Source of the DNA: a virus
Taxonomy: Duplodnaviria; Caudoviricetes
IMG/VR virus record: IMGVR_UViG_3300025137_000195
Location: 1-28,588 of that record
Length of the DNA: 28,588 nucleotides
Direction: 5' to 3' (one strand)
Made by a program: the position numbers and the translations under genes. Below the pieces are notes generated by a model that was not told the origin of the DNA, made no database searches, and saw nothing but the letters and a program-made list of their open reading frames with translations. How positions within the stretch are numbered: the stretch's first letter is position 1; every line of letters begins with the position of its first letter. This document shows positions 15,210 to 24,539 of the stretch, piece after piece.

Positions 15210-18200
15210 TTAAGGATCTCGAGTGTCACCTAAGTACGGATTGCTGCTGTCACCGGTAACACCATTATAATCTTGTTCTTGAATTATTCCATTTTCATCA
15301 TCATCATCATCATTATCTGCATCAGGTCCTTCACAGGCTAATCTACCGTCGTTAAACCAATATGTCCCGGCACTAAATCCAGAAACAGCATCAAAATTTG
15401 TTTCAGAATCCCATTCAATACCGGCTAAATTTGGATTTTCTCTCCACGCTCTTCCTCTTCTACCTATAGACCATCCAGAAGTATACTCATCTGGGTCTGG
15501 GTCGAACATATAATATCCTGTTGCAGCTAAAGTAGGGTCACCATCTGTACCATTTGCATAGATTGTATACTTTTGTGTTATAATTTGTGATGCTGTTGGT
15601 GCTGGTGCCGATACATTATGCTCAACGAATACTGTTCTGCTGGTGGTTTGGCCATGGTCTAATGGAGGTATTGCACAGGCGTTTACTGGATTGCCCCCAG
15701 TGGTAGAAGTATTGCTGTAGTACACGAACACAACTGCTGTTCTAGTTAACTGACCTCTCTTTATTAGAAATTCATGACCTTCAACAGAACAGGTTTCTGA
15801 ATTTACAGCTTTGAATTGTATAAAGTGTTGGAAGTTACCAGAGTAATTAATGTTGTTTGGATCAGCACTTGGTATAGGTAATCCAGCAGTTTCTAGTGGA
15901 TTATCTGCAGGGTAAATATTTTCAAACGAAGGTAAAACGTCTGGGAATACAGCACCTTCGTAGTTATTATCGGGATCACCGGTAATACTCGGTGAAGAGG
16001 AAGCTGCTGACCATGCATTCGGAACAACTGAGGCTTGGCCTATAATAAAAGAAACTTGTCCAGGATTACCAGCTTGAAAAGGTATTGGGAAATAGGTGTC
16101 GTTATCCCATCTTCGTTCATTTACCTTATTTATTACTCTTACTCTAAAAAAGAATACTGTTGTTGGGATAACATTTTCAAACATAAACGGGTACTGGTAG
16201 AATAGATTTCCAATAACATCTATGTTTAATTCAAAATTATTTCTATCAAATCCTTCATAACTATCTCTAAGAGGGCATGCTGTAAGTGGGATTGTATCAA
16301 ATATGTTACAGCTATTATCAAATTCATCTGCTGCTGATATGGTCAACTCGCTGGTTTCACTATCTAGGCCTTGGAATATGTAATTAGTAGGACTCCCTTC
16401 GGGTCCATTTACTGTAAAAGCAGTTAGAAGATTTAATGATTCTATATCAACAAAACCGATTGACTCTGCATTAACAAAAAATTCTAAGTTAGTATTTATA
16501 ATTGCATCTATAGCATCTTGTGTATTCTCAAAAAACCACCCTAAAAAATTATAGGGCTGGTTTTCTTGTATAAAGCTAGGGGGTGTTCCTGTTAGCTCTG
16601 TTAGCCCGCAATCTACGACTTTTACTACCCTTGTTCTCGTACAGGTATTTTCACCTGTTACAGCATTAGGAATTGGTGGGTTATCCGGATGGGTTGCTGT
16701 TATTACAAATTCTTCGTATTGACCAGCGTCTTCTGGTATTACTAATGTATCATTACTTAGTACTTCTCCATCTTCACTATACACGTAATAGGGTGTATCT
16801 CCTGAAAATAGAGTTGAAGAAGGTATATATAATGTAACATTAGGATTTGTTATATAGAAAGTATCTAGGGAGTTCAGTATACATACATTATTAGGTATAT
16901 TAGTCCAAAATTGAGTATCGTACTTTATAGTAGGGTACTCTATGTCTTTGAAAGGGTTATTTTGATTCAGTTCTCCGTTTGATATTAAAATAGAACTATT
17001 AGCAAGTTCTCCATCAAACTTGGCTTCATTAAATGTTTTTTTAATCTGAGGTGGTATATCTGGGTTGTCTTTATGAAAATGATTCAAATATACAAACGGT
17101 TTATGTAGAACCGATGGATTAGCTAAATTTCTAACTCCTAAGCTTCCTGTAAAGGGATTTGCTTTTCGTAAAAGGTATGCTGTGCTAAATTCTCTATCGT
17201 ATATACTATTTGATGTACCAAAGCTTCCCACAGCACTAGACCTAAAAATACCGCCGTCTGAGCCTGAGATAAATCCTGTTTTAATTGAAGCTGTGTATTC
17301 AGGTTGAGTCCATGTCATAACCGGAGCTTCGGCTTTATACCTTTCAAGTAAATGTGGTTTTATTATAATCCCTGCATCAGTTACTGCCCTAGCAGGAGTA
17401 AAGTCTCTAACCATTCTAAAGATAACATTATCAAAGAATTTTATCAACCTTACAAAGTCTTTTACATCGTATGCTGAGACATTAGCAAAAATTATTTCAG
17501 CGTACTTATACAGGTCTAGGTAGGTGTTTGTTTCATATCCCCTTGGGTCACCTATGTACTGATCTATATTAAAACCTTCGTTAGGGAAGAGTTCTGCTGA
17601 CTGTGATACTATGTAATCGTTTACATTATCTGATGGTGAGAAGCCAACTTCTATCCTATGTAAATCTTGTGTATACTTATCGTCTAGTCTTGTTATAGGG
17701 GTGTAGAATGATAATGTATCTCCCGGAACTATACTTCCTGTGTTGTTTATTCTAACTTTATCTAAAGAACCAGTCCATGCTTGTTCACCTCCATAAAATG
17801 GTAAGTTTTCTGCGGATTGACCACCGAATATTTTTATTTTTAATACATCAGAAGGTATTCCAAAACAGTTTATAAGTGCTCTCAACCCTCTTTCAGTTCC
17901 TTTACTTTTCATAAGTAGAGGAAGGTTGTGGTATATTCTTTTATATATCTCTTTCTGGTAATCGTTCTGTGATAGTGGATCTTCTCCGGACTGTATAGGA
18001 CTAGAAGAGTTTAATACTTCCTCTCCAGCTTCATAAGAATTTACAGTAAAGTATCTGAATAAGTCTTCTACTGATTTATTGCTTGTATATAGTTTAACTC
18101 CGAAATTTTTGAGCAACTGTTCTACTAAGTCTTTAGAAACTCCTACATCAAGTCTATTATCTGCGTCATATTTTTTAGAAACTGCATCTGTGTATGTCCA

Positions 18201-19541
18201 TAAATTATCAAAATGCTGACCTATCATATGTATGAACATTAAATAAGGGTCATTATCAGTATCTTCTCTCAAATACGATGGAATCGTATTAATTAGGATG
18301 TCTGGGTTTTGTGCATCGTAGGTATTTGCTTTTTCAATTTCAGCATTATACCATGCTATAGTTTCAGAAGTGTTAGAAGCCTGGTTAATAAATGGTTTTG
18401 AAGAATTTGATTTTGGCCATGATGTAGAACCGCTATTATAAAATAAATGTCTTTCGTAGTGGTCGAAATTGTTTACTACACCGTTTACTAAATTAGTATA
18501 ATATTCAGAACTTCCTGAGATACCTGTTCCTGAGTATCCTGTAGTAAGTGTAGAGTCGGCATTAAACTGATCTAAGCTAGTTTGGTAAGTATCTAATAAG
18601 TCTAACTTATATCTAAAATTTCGTATCCTCTCTTCTATTGAAGAAAAGTTAACAAAGTTAGCAAAATTATCGTATTGAATACCTAATTCAGCTCCTTTTT
18701 CATTAAAAAGGCTGTTTAACTGTCTATTACTGTTATTTGTAGGAAAGCTGAATAATTCGTTATAGTTATAGTAACCCGAAGGTTCAGTAGATTGATCTTC
18801 TATTTCAACACTAAAATTAGCTCCTCTAAGAGTAGGTTGAGCTATTTTTTCCTCTTCTACGGTAAAATCAACCTCATAAGCTACTGAATCAGCTACTTTG
18901 TCAATAAGGCTGAGGGTTGTCTTAACTCTTAATCTTGTTGAAATAGGGGTAGCTAGTTTTACTATAAGAGCATTAGTTTCTCTAAATTCTTGAGTCTTTA
19001 AATTTACTATTGGAAAAAATATGTTTTGACCAAAGTATATATTAAAATCACATTGATAGATATCGTTGTTGAGCTTTTCTAATAACCCTTCTGTTGTTTC
19101 TACAACAGCCGTTCCATCTAAACCGACAGCTACTAATCTTAACTCTGTCCTGTCGGCAGAAATGCTCTCTATGTAGAAGTCCTGCTTAACAGTGTTGTTG
19201 GAATAGAGGTAGTCTAAGAAGTTATATACAACTTTTACTTCTTCTCCTTCGTACCCATAGAATTTGTAATCTTCTAATACATCAATGCTTATTTCAGTAT
19301 TACCCTGTTGGTCGTTTAGCTCGCCTCCAGATAGAATAGAGTACCTATTGTAATTCGCTACTGTAGATATAGATACATCGTCTAAGGTAAAGTAAGTTAC
19401 CTCTACTACATTTTTATTAGGCGTAAAACTACTATTGACATTAGTAGAATATAACAAATTTAAATCTTCATCAGGCAGTGTTTTAAAACCGCTTAATGTC
19501 GAAGCATTTAATTCATTTATGTTGTAATTAACTTTCGTCAT
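15210..19541 (-). CDS. large baseplate wedge/structural protein (gp7-like position), 1443 aa
   Basis: IPSYLRED...FIHMIGQHFD and IYKRIYHNLPLLMKSKGTERGLRALINCFG contain a KGT motif typical of P2 gpI/T4 gp7-type wedge proteins; located downstream of the gp25/gp6-like genes. Confidence 0.7.
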   Translation of the reverse strand: MTKVNYNINELNASTLSGFKTLPDEDLNLLYSTNVNSSFTPNKNVVEVTYFTLDDVSISTVANYNRYSILSGGELNDQQGNTEISIDVLEDYKFYGYEGEEVKVVYNFLDYLYSNNTVKQDFYIESISADRTELRLVAVGLDGTAVVETTEGLLEKLNNDIYQCDFNIYFGQNIFFPIVNLKTQEFRETNALIVKLATPISTRLRVKTTLSLIDKVADSVAYEVDFTVEEEKIAQPTLRGANFSVEIEDQSTEPSGYYNYNELFSFPTNNSNRQLNSLFNEKGAELGIQYDNFANFVNFSSIEERIRNFRYKLDLLDTYQTSLDQFNADSTLTTGYSGTGISGSSEYYTNLVNGVVNNFDHYERHLFYNSGSTSWPKSNSSKPFINQASNTSETIAWYNAEIEKANTYDAQNPDILINTIPSYLREDTDNDPYLMFIHMIGQHFDNLWTYTDAVSKKYDADNRLDVGVSKDLVEQLLKNFGVKLYTSNKSVEDLFRYFTVNSYEAGEEVLNSSSPIQSGEDPLSQNDYQKEIYKRIYHNLPLLMKSKGTERGLRALINCFGIPSDVLKIKIFGGQSAENLPFYGGEQAWTGSLDKVRINNTGSIVPGDTLSFYTPITRLDDKYTQDLHRIEVGFSPSDNVNDYIVSQSAELFPNEGFNIDQYIGDPRGYETNTYLDLYKYAEIIFANVSAYDVKDFVRLIKFFDNVIFRMVRDFTPARAVTDAGIIIKPHLLERYKAEAPVMTWTQPEYTASIKTGFISGSDGGIFRSSAVGSFGTSNSIYDREFSTAYLLRKANPFTGSLGVRNLANPSVLHKPFVYLNHFHKDNPDIPPQIKKTFNEAKFDGELANSSILISNGELNQNNPFKDIEYPTIKYDTQFWTNIPNNVCILNSLDTFYITNPNVTLYIPSSTLFSGDTPYYVYSEDGEVLSNDTLVIPEDAGQYEEFVITATHPDNPPIPNAVTGENTCTRTRVVKVVDCGLTELTGTPPSFIQENQPYNFLGWFFENTQDAIDAIINTNLEFFVNAESIGFVDIESLNLLTAFTVNGPEGSPTNYIFQGLDSETSELTISAADEFDNSCNIFDTIPLTACPLRDSYEGFDRNNFELNIDVIGNLFYQYPFMFENVIPTTVFFFRVRVINKVNERRWDNDTYFPIPFQAGNPGQVSFIIGQASVVPNAWSAASSSPSITGDPDNNYEGAVFPDVLPSFENIYPADNPLETAGLPIPSADPNNINYSGNFQHFIQFKAVNSETCSVEGHEFLIKRGQLTRTAVVFVYYSNTSTTGGNPVNACAIPPLDHGQTTSRTVFVEHNVSAPAPTASQIITQKYTIYANGTDGDPTLAATGYYMFDPDPDEYTSGWSIGRRGRAWRENPNLAGIEWDSETNFDAVSGFSAGTYWFNDGRLACEGPDADNDDDDDENGIIQEQDYNGVTGDSSNPYLGDTRDP

Positions 19542-19872
19542 CTAGTTGTAATTCAAATATCTGTTCGTTAGCATCTAAAAGCTGCTGTCTTAATTGACCT
19601 ATTTCATCTAAAAGAGGTTGAATATCCTCAGATTGTGTTTCTAATTTTACTAATTCTGAGCTTCTTTTAATTAAAAACTCATGAGAGTCTTCTTCTCCTT
19701 CCGCGGGAATGGAAAAGTAGAGTTTATCGTATAGTCTAAATAATTCTTCTACTGTATCATTATCTACTTCTAAGATAGGTTCAGTAAAACTAGTAAACTT
19801 ACTATCAACAAGATTATTATATTGACTTGAATTATAAGAAGTTTTACTTATCTGTATTCTCTTTCTAGCCAT
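19528..19872 (-). CDS. hypothetical baseplate-region protein with C-terminal coiled coil, 114 aa
   Basis: ORF overlaps both neighbours, suggesting translational coupling; heptad pattern IQPLLDEIGQLRQQLLDANEQI. Confidence 0.7.
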   Translation of the reverse strand: MARKRIQISKTSYNSSQYNNLVDSKFTSFTEPILEVDNDTVEELFRLYDKLYFSIPAEGEEDSHEFLIKRSSELVKLETQSEDIQPLLDEIGQLRQQLLDANEQIFELQLDDES

Positions 19873-20998
19873 TCCTCACTACTTTAAATAAATTATCATT
19901 ATCTACTACTACTGTACTACTATCTAATTCAGTTTTTACAAGAATTCTATAGTACCTTTCAGGCTGTAGACCATCCATATATACATCAAAAAACGGCCCT
20001 GTAGAATCACAGCTAATCTTAGTAAAGTCTGTTGAAAAAGGAACAATCATTTCTTCTGTATTTTCATCTCTTAGTCCCCAATAGGATGCAGACGGTAGAA
20101 CGTTGTTAGTAAGGTAAATCGATGAGGTAGTAAACGTACGTTCAGGGTATGTTGGTCTGGCTGTAAGTCTAAATCTCTGTTTACCTTCGTCCGGATATAC
20201 TCCTTTGTTGTTCTTTACGTCAATAGAAGCAATATCAGTAGTAAGGAGTGATAATTTTCCTTGATCATAAGTTCTATCGTCCCATGCAAATTCTAAGAAC
20301 GGGGGATAAATTGTATTTGTATCTCTGCTAAAATACTTTAATCTTATAGAAGCAGTAGTATAAAATTCATACTGGTCTTCTAACTTTACTATAAAGCCTT
20401 TGTTAGGAAGAGTATTACTGTAAATTTGTTTTACAGCACGGGTAACGTTAATATCTAAATCATGATCTGTGGATAAAGACTGAGTCTGTAAAAACTCCAT
20501 ATTTTCACCGTTAGATGCTGTATACCAATTACCACCTCCTGCTTTACCTGTGATAAATGAACCTGTTGTATACTGGGTGAAACCGGATGTAGACCAAGCA
20601 TTAGCTTGCCCTGCATTTTTAAACAGCCAACTTACACCTGATGTATTTACTGGTGTATCTCCGAATTTACCAGTACCGTTATCCCATTGACCGGATCCTG
20701 CTATGTAGATTGGGTAAGCATATATTTTATATTCTACAGGCACCTCAGCTCCGTCAGCTAAATACATTTTTAAACTAGCACTCATGGCATTTATGTTACT
20801 AGCTCCAATTTTAGTATTAATTACACTATCTATATCTCCATCAGAAAATTTTAAAACAGTTCTAGAAGCTTGCCCAGTTCCGTCGTTAGTACCGGTGTAT
20901 CCTGCTATTTCGACTATTTCGTCTAATCCTGCGTTACCGGTGTTCTGCTCTGAGTATATTATTGAGTCTTTATCGGGAAATATTCTATAAATTGCCAT
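19865..20998 (-). CDS. DNRLRE/CBM96-like domain virion protein, 377 aa
   Basis: DSIIYSE..N.G.D, SRTVLKF, SASLKMY, W..G.G...VSW, DINVT, NKGFIVK and FSRDT...PP.LE follow the DNRLRE-like pattern. Confidence 0.6.
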   Translation of the reverse strand: MAIYRIFPDKDSIIYSEQNTGNAGLDEIVEIAGYTGTNDGTGQASRTVLKFSDGDIDSVINTKIGASNINAMSASLKMYLADGAEVPVEYKIYAYPIYIAGSGQWDNGTGKFGDTPVNTSGVSWLFKNAGQANAWSTSGFTQYTTGSFITGKAGGGNWYTASNGENMEFLQTQSLSTDHDLDINVTRAVKQIYSNTLPNKGFIVKLEDQYEFYTTASIRLKYFSRDTNTIYPPFLEFAWDDRTYDQGKLSLLTTDIASIDVKNNKGVYPDEGKQRFRLTARPTYPERTFTTSSIYLTNNVLPSASYWGLRDENTEEMIVPFSTDFTKISCDSTGPFFDVYMDGLQPERYYRILVKTELDSSTVVVDNDNLFKVVRNG

Positions 20999-20999
20999 A

Positions 21000-22832
21000 C
21001 TATAATGTTGTTGTTCTACCTTTAATATCTATGTCTGGGTATTTAATTTCAAATGCCATAGTATCATAAGAAGGATATACTATATTATTTCTAGTAGCTC
21101 CTTTAATATCATAAGCATATTGTGAATATTTACCTCCTGATTTATTTACTATTTCTATCTTACTTACTGTCTGCACTCCTACAACTTTATCTAATGTACT
21201 ATATATGTTAGAGATATTAATTGGTTGGTTAATATTCCATTTTTTAATATCGAAATACTCTTTTATAGTATTTGTACATGCTAAAAGTACATCTCTACTA
21301 TTAAAATTAGGTCTTACTAGTATATCGAAATTTAAACCAATATTAACTACAAATGCATCTTTTATGTTTAAAGCATCTGTAATAGGCATATAGTAAGACA
21401 TATAGGTCTTAAGATTTTCCTTTAAGGTTTCTGTAGCTTGTATTAGTTTAGTCCCGTTATCATAAGCTAGTACATATAGCGATAATGCTAAAGGATTACT
21501 ATCTACTATTGAGTCGGTAGATGACTTTGTACTAGAAAGCTCGTCTTGAGTAACAAATACTTTAGCTACTGTTCCAAACTTAGAGCTTAATGATAATGCT
21601 CTTACGGTGTAATCTTGAAGAGTAATTGTTCTTTTCTGTTCTGCAAAAGATCTTAATGAATTCTGTCTTATTTCTTCTACCGAATCGCCGTCTTTTCCTC
21701 CTGCAGCTGGAAGGGGGTTATTAAATGCTAATGTGTTTAGGTACGTATTGTTTCCGTCAATTGAATTAGCGGTCGCTGTATATCCGGTTAAAGTATTTGC
21801 AGTTACATTAGACTCTACTCCTCCACCTGTTAGGTACCTAATTGTAATAGTTGTATTTGATGGAGCTAAACCGTACGTTTGCGTGTAGGTAAAATTAGAA
21901 GGATCATAGGCTAAATCTAATGTATTTATTCCTTGAACTGTACCCATCCCTACGTTTTCAGGATTAGGAGTAAAAACTGTATCTTCTCCACCTACTGTAC
22001 CAGCCCCGAACTGAACTTGTAAAAAACCTTGAGATGTAAATCTAGTAACAAATCTTTTAGGCGCTGCTTGTAGTTTAATAGAATTCGGTACTCTATCTTT
22101 GTCTGAACCTACATTGGCTTCTTCAACAAAAATACTATCCTGTCCTAAGAAAGGTACTTCGTACCATCTATTTGAAGGAGCTGCTGTGGTATCGGTAATA
22201 TCTAAAATACCTATTATATTACTATCCTCTATTGTAATAGTAGCAAATTTTTCAGCTGCGGCATAGTTTTGAGTAGTACTTTTTACTGTACCTGAAAATG
22301 CTCTTACTCTTTTAGTTAGTTCAAATTCATTCGGCAATCCGTTGGATAAAGAACTTATTACTACTGTAGTAGGGTCTAGTGAGCTAGAAAATGAAAAATC
22401 TATTTTATCCTGCACAAAGAAATTTGCATTTCCTGATGCTGTTGAAGTTATTATTGCATTTTCGTCAACTACTAGCGCATCTTCCCAGTTAGGGGCATTA
22501 GATGACGGTAAAGCGCCTACTTTTTGAACTACGCTTAAGTCTACAGTTGCTGCTGTAGTAGCTTTAGGGGTATATCCCATCATGTATGCTAGGCTGTAAA
22601 GATTAGCGGGATTCTTAGCATACTGTAAAAAGGTTTCTTGTAATTGGGTATCTTGATAAAAAGAAAGTACATCTCCTACGTAAGCAGCCATTTCTATAAA
22701 CATCATACCTGGGGATGTAGGAGAAAAATCATTATAACTATCAGGAAAGTAATTTTTTGCAAATTCTACTAACTCCTGTCTGTAGTCCGAAAATTCTCTA
22801 GCAACGTATTTTATATCTCTTATTTCTGCCAT
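21000..22832 (-). CDS. baseplate wedge subunit, T4 gp6-like / baseplate J, 610 aa
   Basis: REFSDYRQELVEFAK.YFP..YNDF...SPGMMFIEMAAYVGDVLSFY.D....ETFL..A, LAYMMGYTP, VQFGAG, and AAGGKDGDSVEEIRQN...QKR.ITLQDY. Confidence 0.9.
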   Translation of the reverse strand: MAEIRDIKYVAREFSDYRQELVEFAKNYFPDSYNDFSPTSPGMMFIEMAAYVGDVLSFYQDTQLQETFLQYAKNPANLYSLAYMMGYTPKATTAATVDLSVVQKVGALPSSNAPNWEDALVVDENAIITSTASGNANFFVQDKIDFSFSSSLDPTTVVISSLSNGLPNEFELTKRVRAFSGTVKSTTQNYAAAEKFATITIEDSNIIGILDITDTTAAPSNRWYEVPFLGQDSIFVEEANVGSDKDRVPNSIKLQAAPKRFVTRFTSQGFLQVQFGAGTVGGEDTVFTPNPENVGMGTVQGINTLDLAYDPSNFTYTQTYGLAPSNTTITIRYLTGGGVESNVTANTLTGYTATANSIDGNNTYLNTLAFNNPLPAAGGKDGDSVEEIRQNSLRSFAEQKRTITLQDYTVRALSLSSKFGTVAKVFVTQDELSSTKSSTDSIVDSNPLALSLYVLAYDNGTKLIQATETLKENLKTYMSYYMPITDALNIKDAFVVNIGLNFDILVRPNFNSRDVLLACTNTIKEYFDIKKWNINQPINISNIYSTLDKVVGVQTVSKIEIVNKSGGKYSQYAYDIKGATRNNIVYPSYDTMAFEIKYPDIDIKGRTTTL

Positions 22833-23242
22833 TATTGTTCAAAATTTATTGCTACCTCGTCTGTTATATTAGTATCTTTGATAGCGTATCTTAGTGATAA
22901 TGTAACTGTATTTGAATCAGGAAGAGCTTTGACTTCTAATTCTGTTGTCTGTACTGTAGGGAAGTAAAAAGATAATCCCTGTCTTACAACTGCTTTTAAA
23001 TTACTTACCATTTCTTGATTAATATTTTCGAATACTAGAGACCTTACTTGTGTTCCAAAGCTCGGATTAAGGTACCTTTCTTTTTGTCCAGTTAGGAAAT
23101 AATTAATAATATTTGTCTTAATAGCATCCTTAGTCTGAAAAGTAGAGTTAAATACAGCTTTACCAGAAAGCGGTAATGAAACACCCACAGCTTTTCTAGG
23201 CTGTAAATCTATCGGGTCTATTCTTCTACTATTAAATGCCAT
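22832..23242 (-). CDS. baseplate wedge subunit, T4 gp25-like (GPW_gp25)
   Basis: DAIKTNIINYFLT.Q.ERYLNPSFGT..RSLVFE motif; TAATG overlap with the gp6-like gene. Confidence 0.88.
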   Translation of the reverse strand: MAFNSRRIDPIDLQPRKAVGVSLPLSGKAVFNSTFQTKDAIKTNIINYFLTGQKERYLNPSFGTQVRSLVFENINQEMVSNLKAVVRQGLSFYFPTVQTTELEVKALPDSNTVTLSLRYAIKDTNITDEVAINFEQ

Positions 23243-23694
23243 TATGCGAATCCGTGTTTTTGTTTATCTTTCTCTATTGAAGCTTTATAGACATCTCCTG
23301 CTTTTTTAACAAAATCAAACTTAGATAGATCTAAACCCGGGTAATTGCCTGGGTTAGGTCCCATTCCCATTTGGTTGGCCATTGATGAAGCAAAATTTGG
23401 TTTTGAGACCATATCTGAGTTCCCATTAAAAATATTCTTATATTCTTCCGGGGTCATCTCTGCTCTTGTTTGGTCTAAAGCTTCTGCTATTGGATTAACA
23501 GGTCCTTTATTCTGTTTTGAAGTTCTAGTGTTAGTAAGTATACTTTCTTTTATTGATTCACTAGTTTTATGACTGCTTTGATCCGTCGGAGTACTTGCTA
23601 CTTTTACTGCTTCATTTAGCATATCTTGTAACTCCTCCTTAACTGCAGCTCTTACTTCTTCTCTTATTACAGTTCTTAATTGATTTAGTTTCAT
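23242..23694 (-). CDS. hypothetical late protein, 150 aa, with N-terminal MKLNQLRTVIREEV motif
   Basis: ORF preceded by TATTTATA and coupled to the gp25-like gene. Confidence 0.75.
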   Translation of the reverse strand: MKLNQLRTVIREEVRAAVKEELQDMLNEAVKVASTPTDQSSHKTSESIKESILTNTRTSKQNKGPVNPIAEALDQTRAEMTPEEYKNIFNGNSDMVSKPNFASSMANQMGMGPNPGNYPGLDLSKFDFVKKAGDVYKASIEKDKQKHGFA

Positions 23695-23697
23695 AAT

Positions 23698-23705
23698 TAT
23701 AAATA
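23698..23705 (-). promoter_or_regulatory. putative late promoter TATTTATA
   Basis: CTATTTATAATTATG: the motif fills the 17-nt gap and lies only 3 nt from the ATG. Confidence 0.5.
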
Positions 23706-23711
23706 GTTGTG

Positions 23712-24539
23712 TTATGGAAGTTGGTTGTTAATTCTAAATTTTATCTCTTCTAGCAGTACATTAGTGTCGGAACTAAATGATGGTTGCCCTCTAAGTACTA
23801 TAATACCTCTACTATCTTTTGCTACTGCTATTCTCCTTAAAAGGGGACCGTCTACAGATGCATCTTTAATAATTTCTAATTTATATACACTTCCGCTTTC
23901 AGATCTGAAGGTAGTATTAGCAGCTGTTCCACCTAGGGTTAATTCACTTTCTAGCGGTTGAGTTGAATCTAATAAATCTTTAAGTGCAGCTTTATCAGAT
24001 AATTCTTTTGCGCAATCATTAATACTGAAATCAATTGATGTTAGAAGCTCTTTAGTATTATTTATACTTGGTTGAACACCTGCTAAAAGGCCGTTTACAG
24101 CAGCTAAATCATCTTCTAAATCCTCTAAAAGTAAAGTAACCTTAACTAATCTATCTGCTTGCTTATTAGTAAAGCCAGCTGTTTTAGCTGCGATTAATCC
24201 ACCTTTATCGAAGTCCGAAAAGGAAGGTTTAGCTCCAATGGCTAATTTTGTAGGATTTCTTTTAAGTAATTTAATCAACTGCTTAGCAGCAGAAATAGGA
24301 GGTTTTAATTTTTTAGGAATAGAACTAAAGCTATTTGTAGTTTTTTGAAATCCGTTTATAGCTTTGAGAATATTATTCCTTATTTTAGCAACCTGTTTTA
24401 AAGTCTTGACGTTAGGGCATTCACTCGCAAACTTCTGGAGCTGTTTTACTACTTCAGTCTGGATTCTAGATTCTAGTTCTCCTTGAATCCTCCCCATATT
24501 ATTTGCTACTATAGCTGCTATTTGAGATCTTAATGGCAT
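23712..24539 (-). CDS. hypothetical, largely alpha-helical baseplate-region protein, 275 aa
   Basis: ORF coupled by TAATG to the spike-like gene; amphipathic helices followed by a small C-terminal beta domain (YKLEI...RRIAVAKD..GIIVLRG.PSFSS). Confidence 0.7.
   Translation of the reverse strand: MPLRSQIAAIVANNMGRIQGELESRIQTEVVKQLQKFASECPNVKTLKQVAKIRNNILKAINGFQKTTNSFSSIPKKLKPPISAAKQLIKLLKRNPTKLAIGAKPSFSDFDKGGLIAAKTAGFTNKQADRLVKVTLLLEDLEDDLAAVNGLLAGVQPSINNTKELLTSIDFSINDCAKELSDKAALKDLLDSTQPLESELTLGGTAANTTFRSESGSVYKLEIIKDASVDGPLLRRIAVAKDSRGIIVLRGQPSFSSDTNVLLEEIKFRINNQLP

Noticed and set aside
15295-15314. (TCA)n microsatellite as a contingency locus
   Set aside because: It is a short in-frame triplet run encoding poly-Asp; slippage would not shift the frame.
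8483-23705. TATAAATA on the plus strand as T4-type late promoters driving antisense transcription
   Set aside because: No credible plus-strand genes follow, and the motif is consistently positioned just upstream of minus-strand starts. It is not formally excluded without TSS data.
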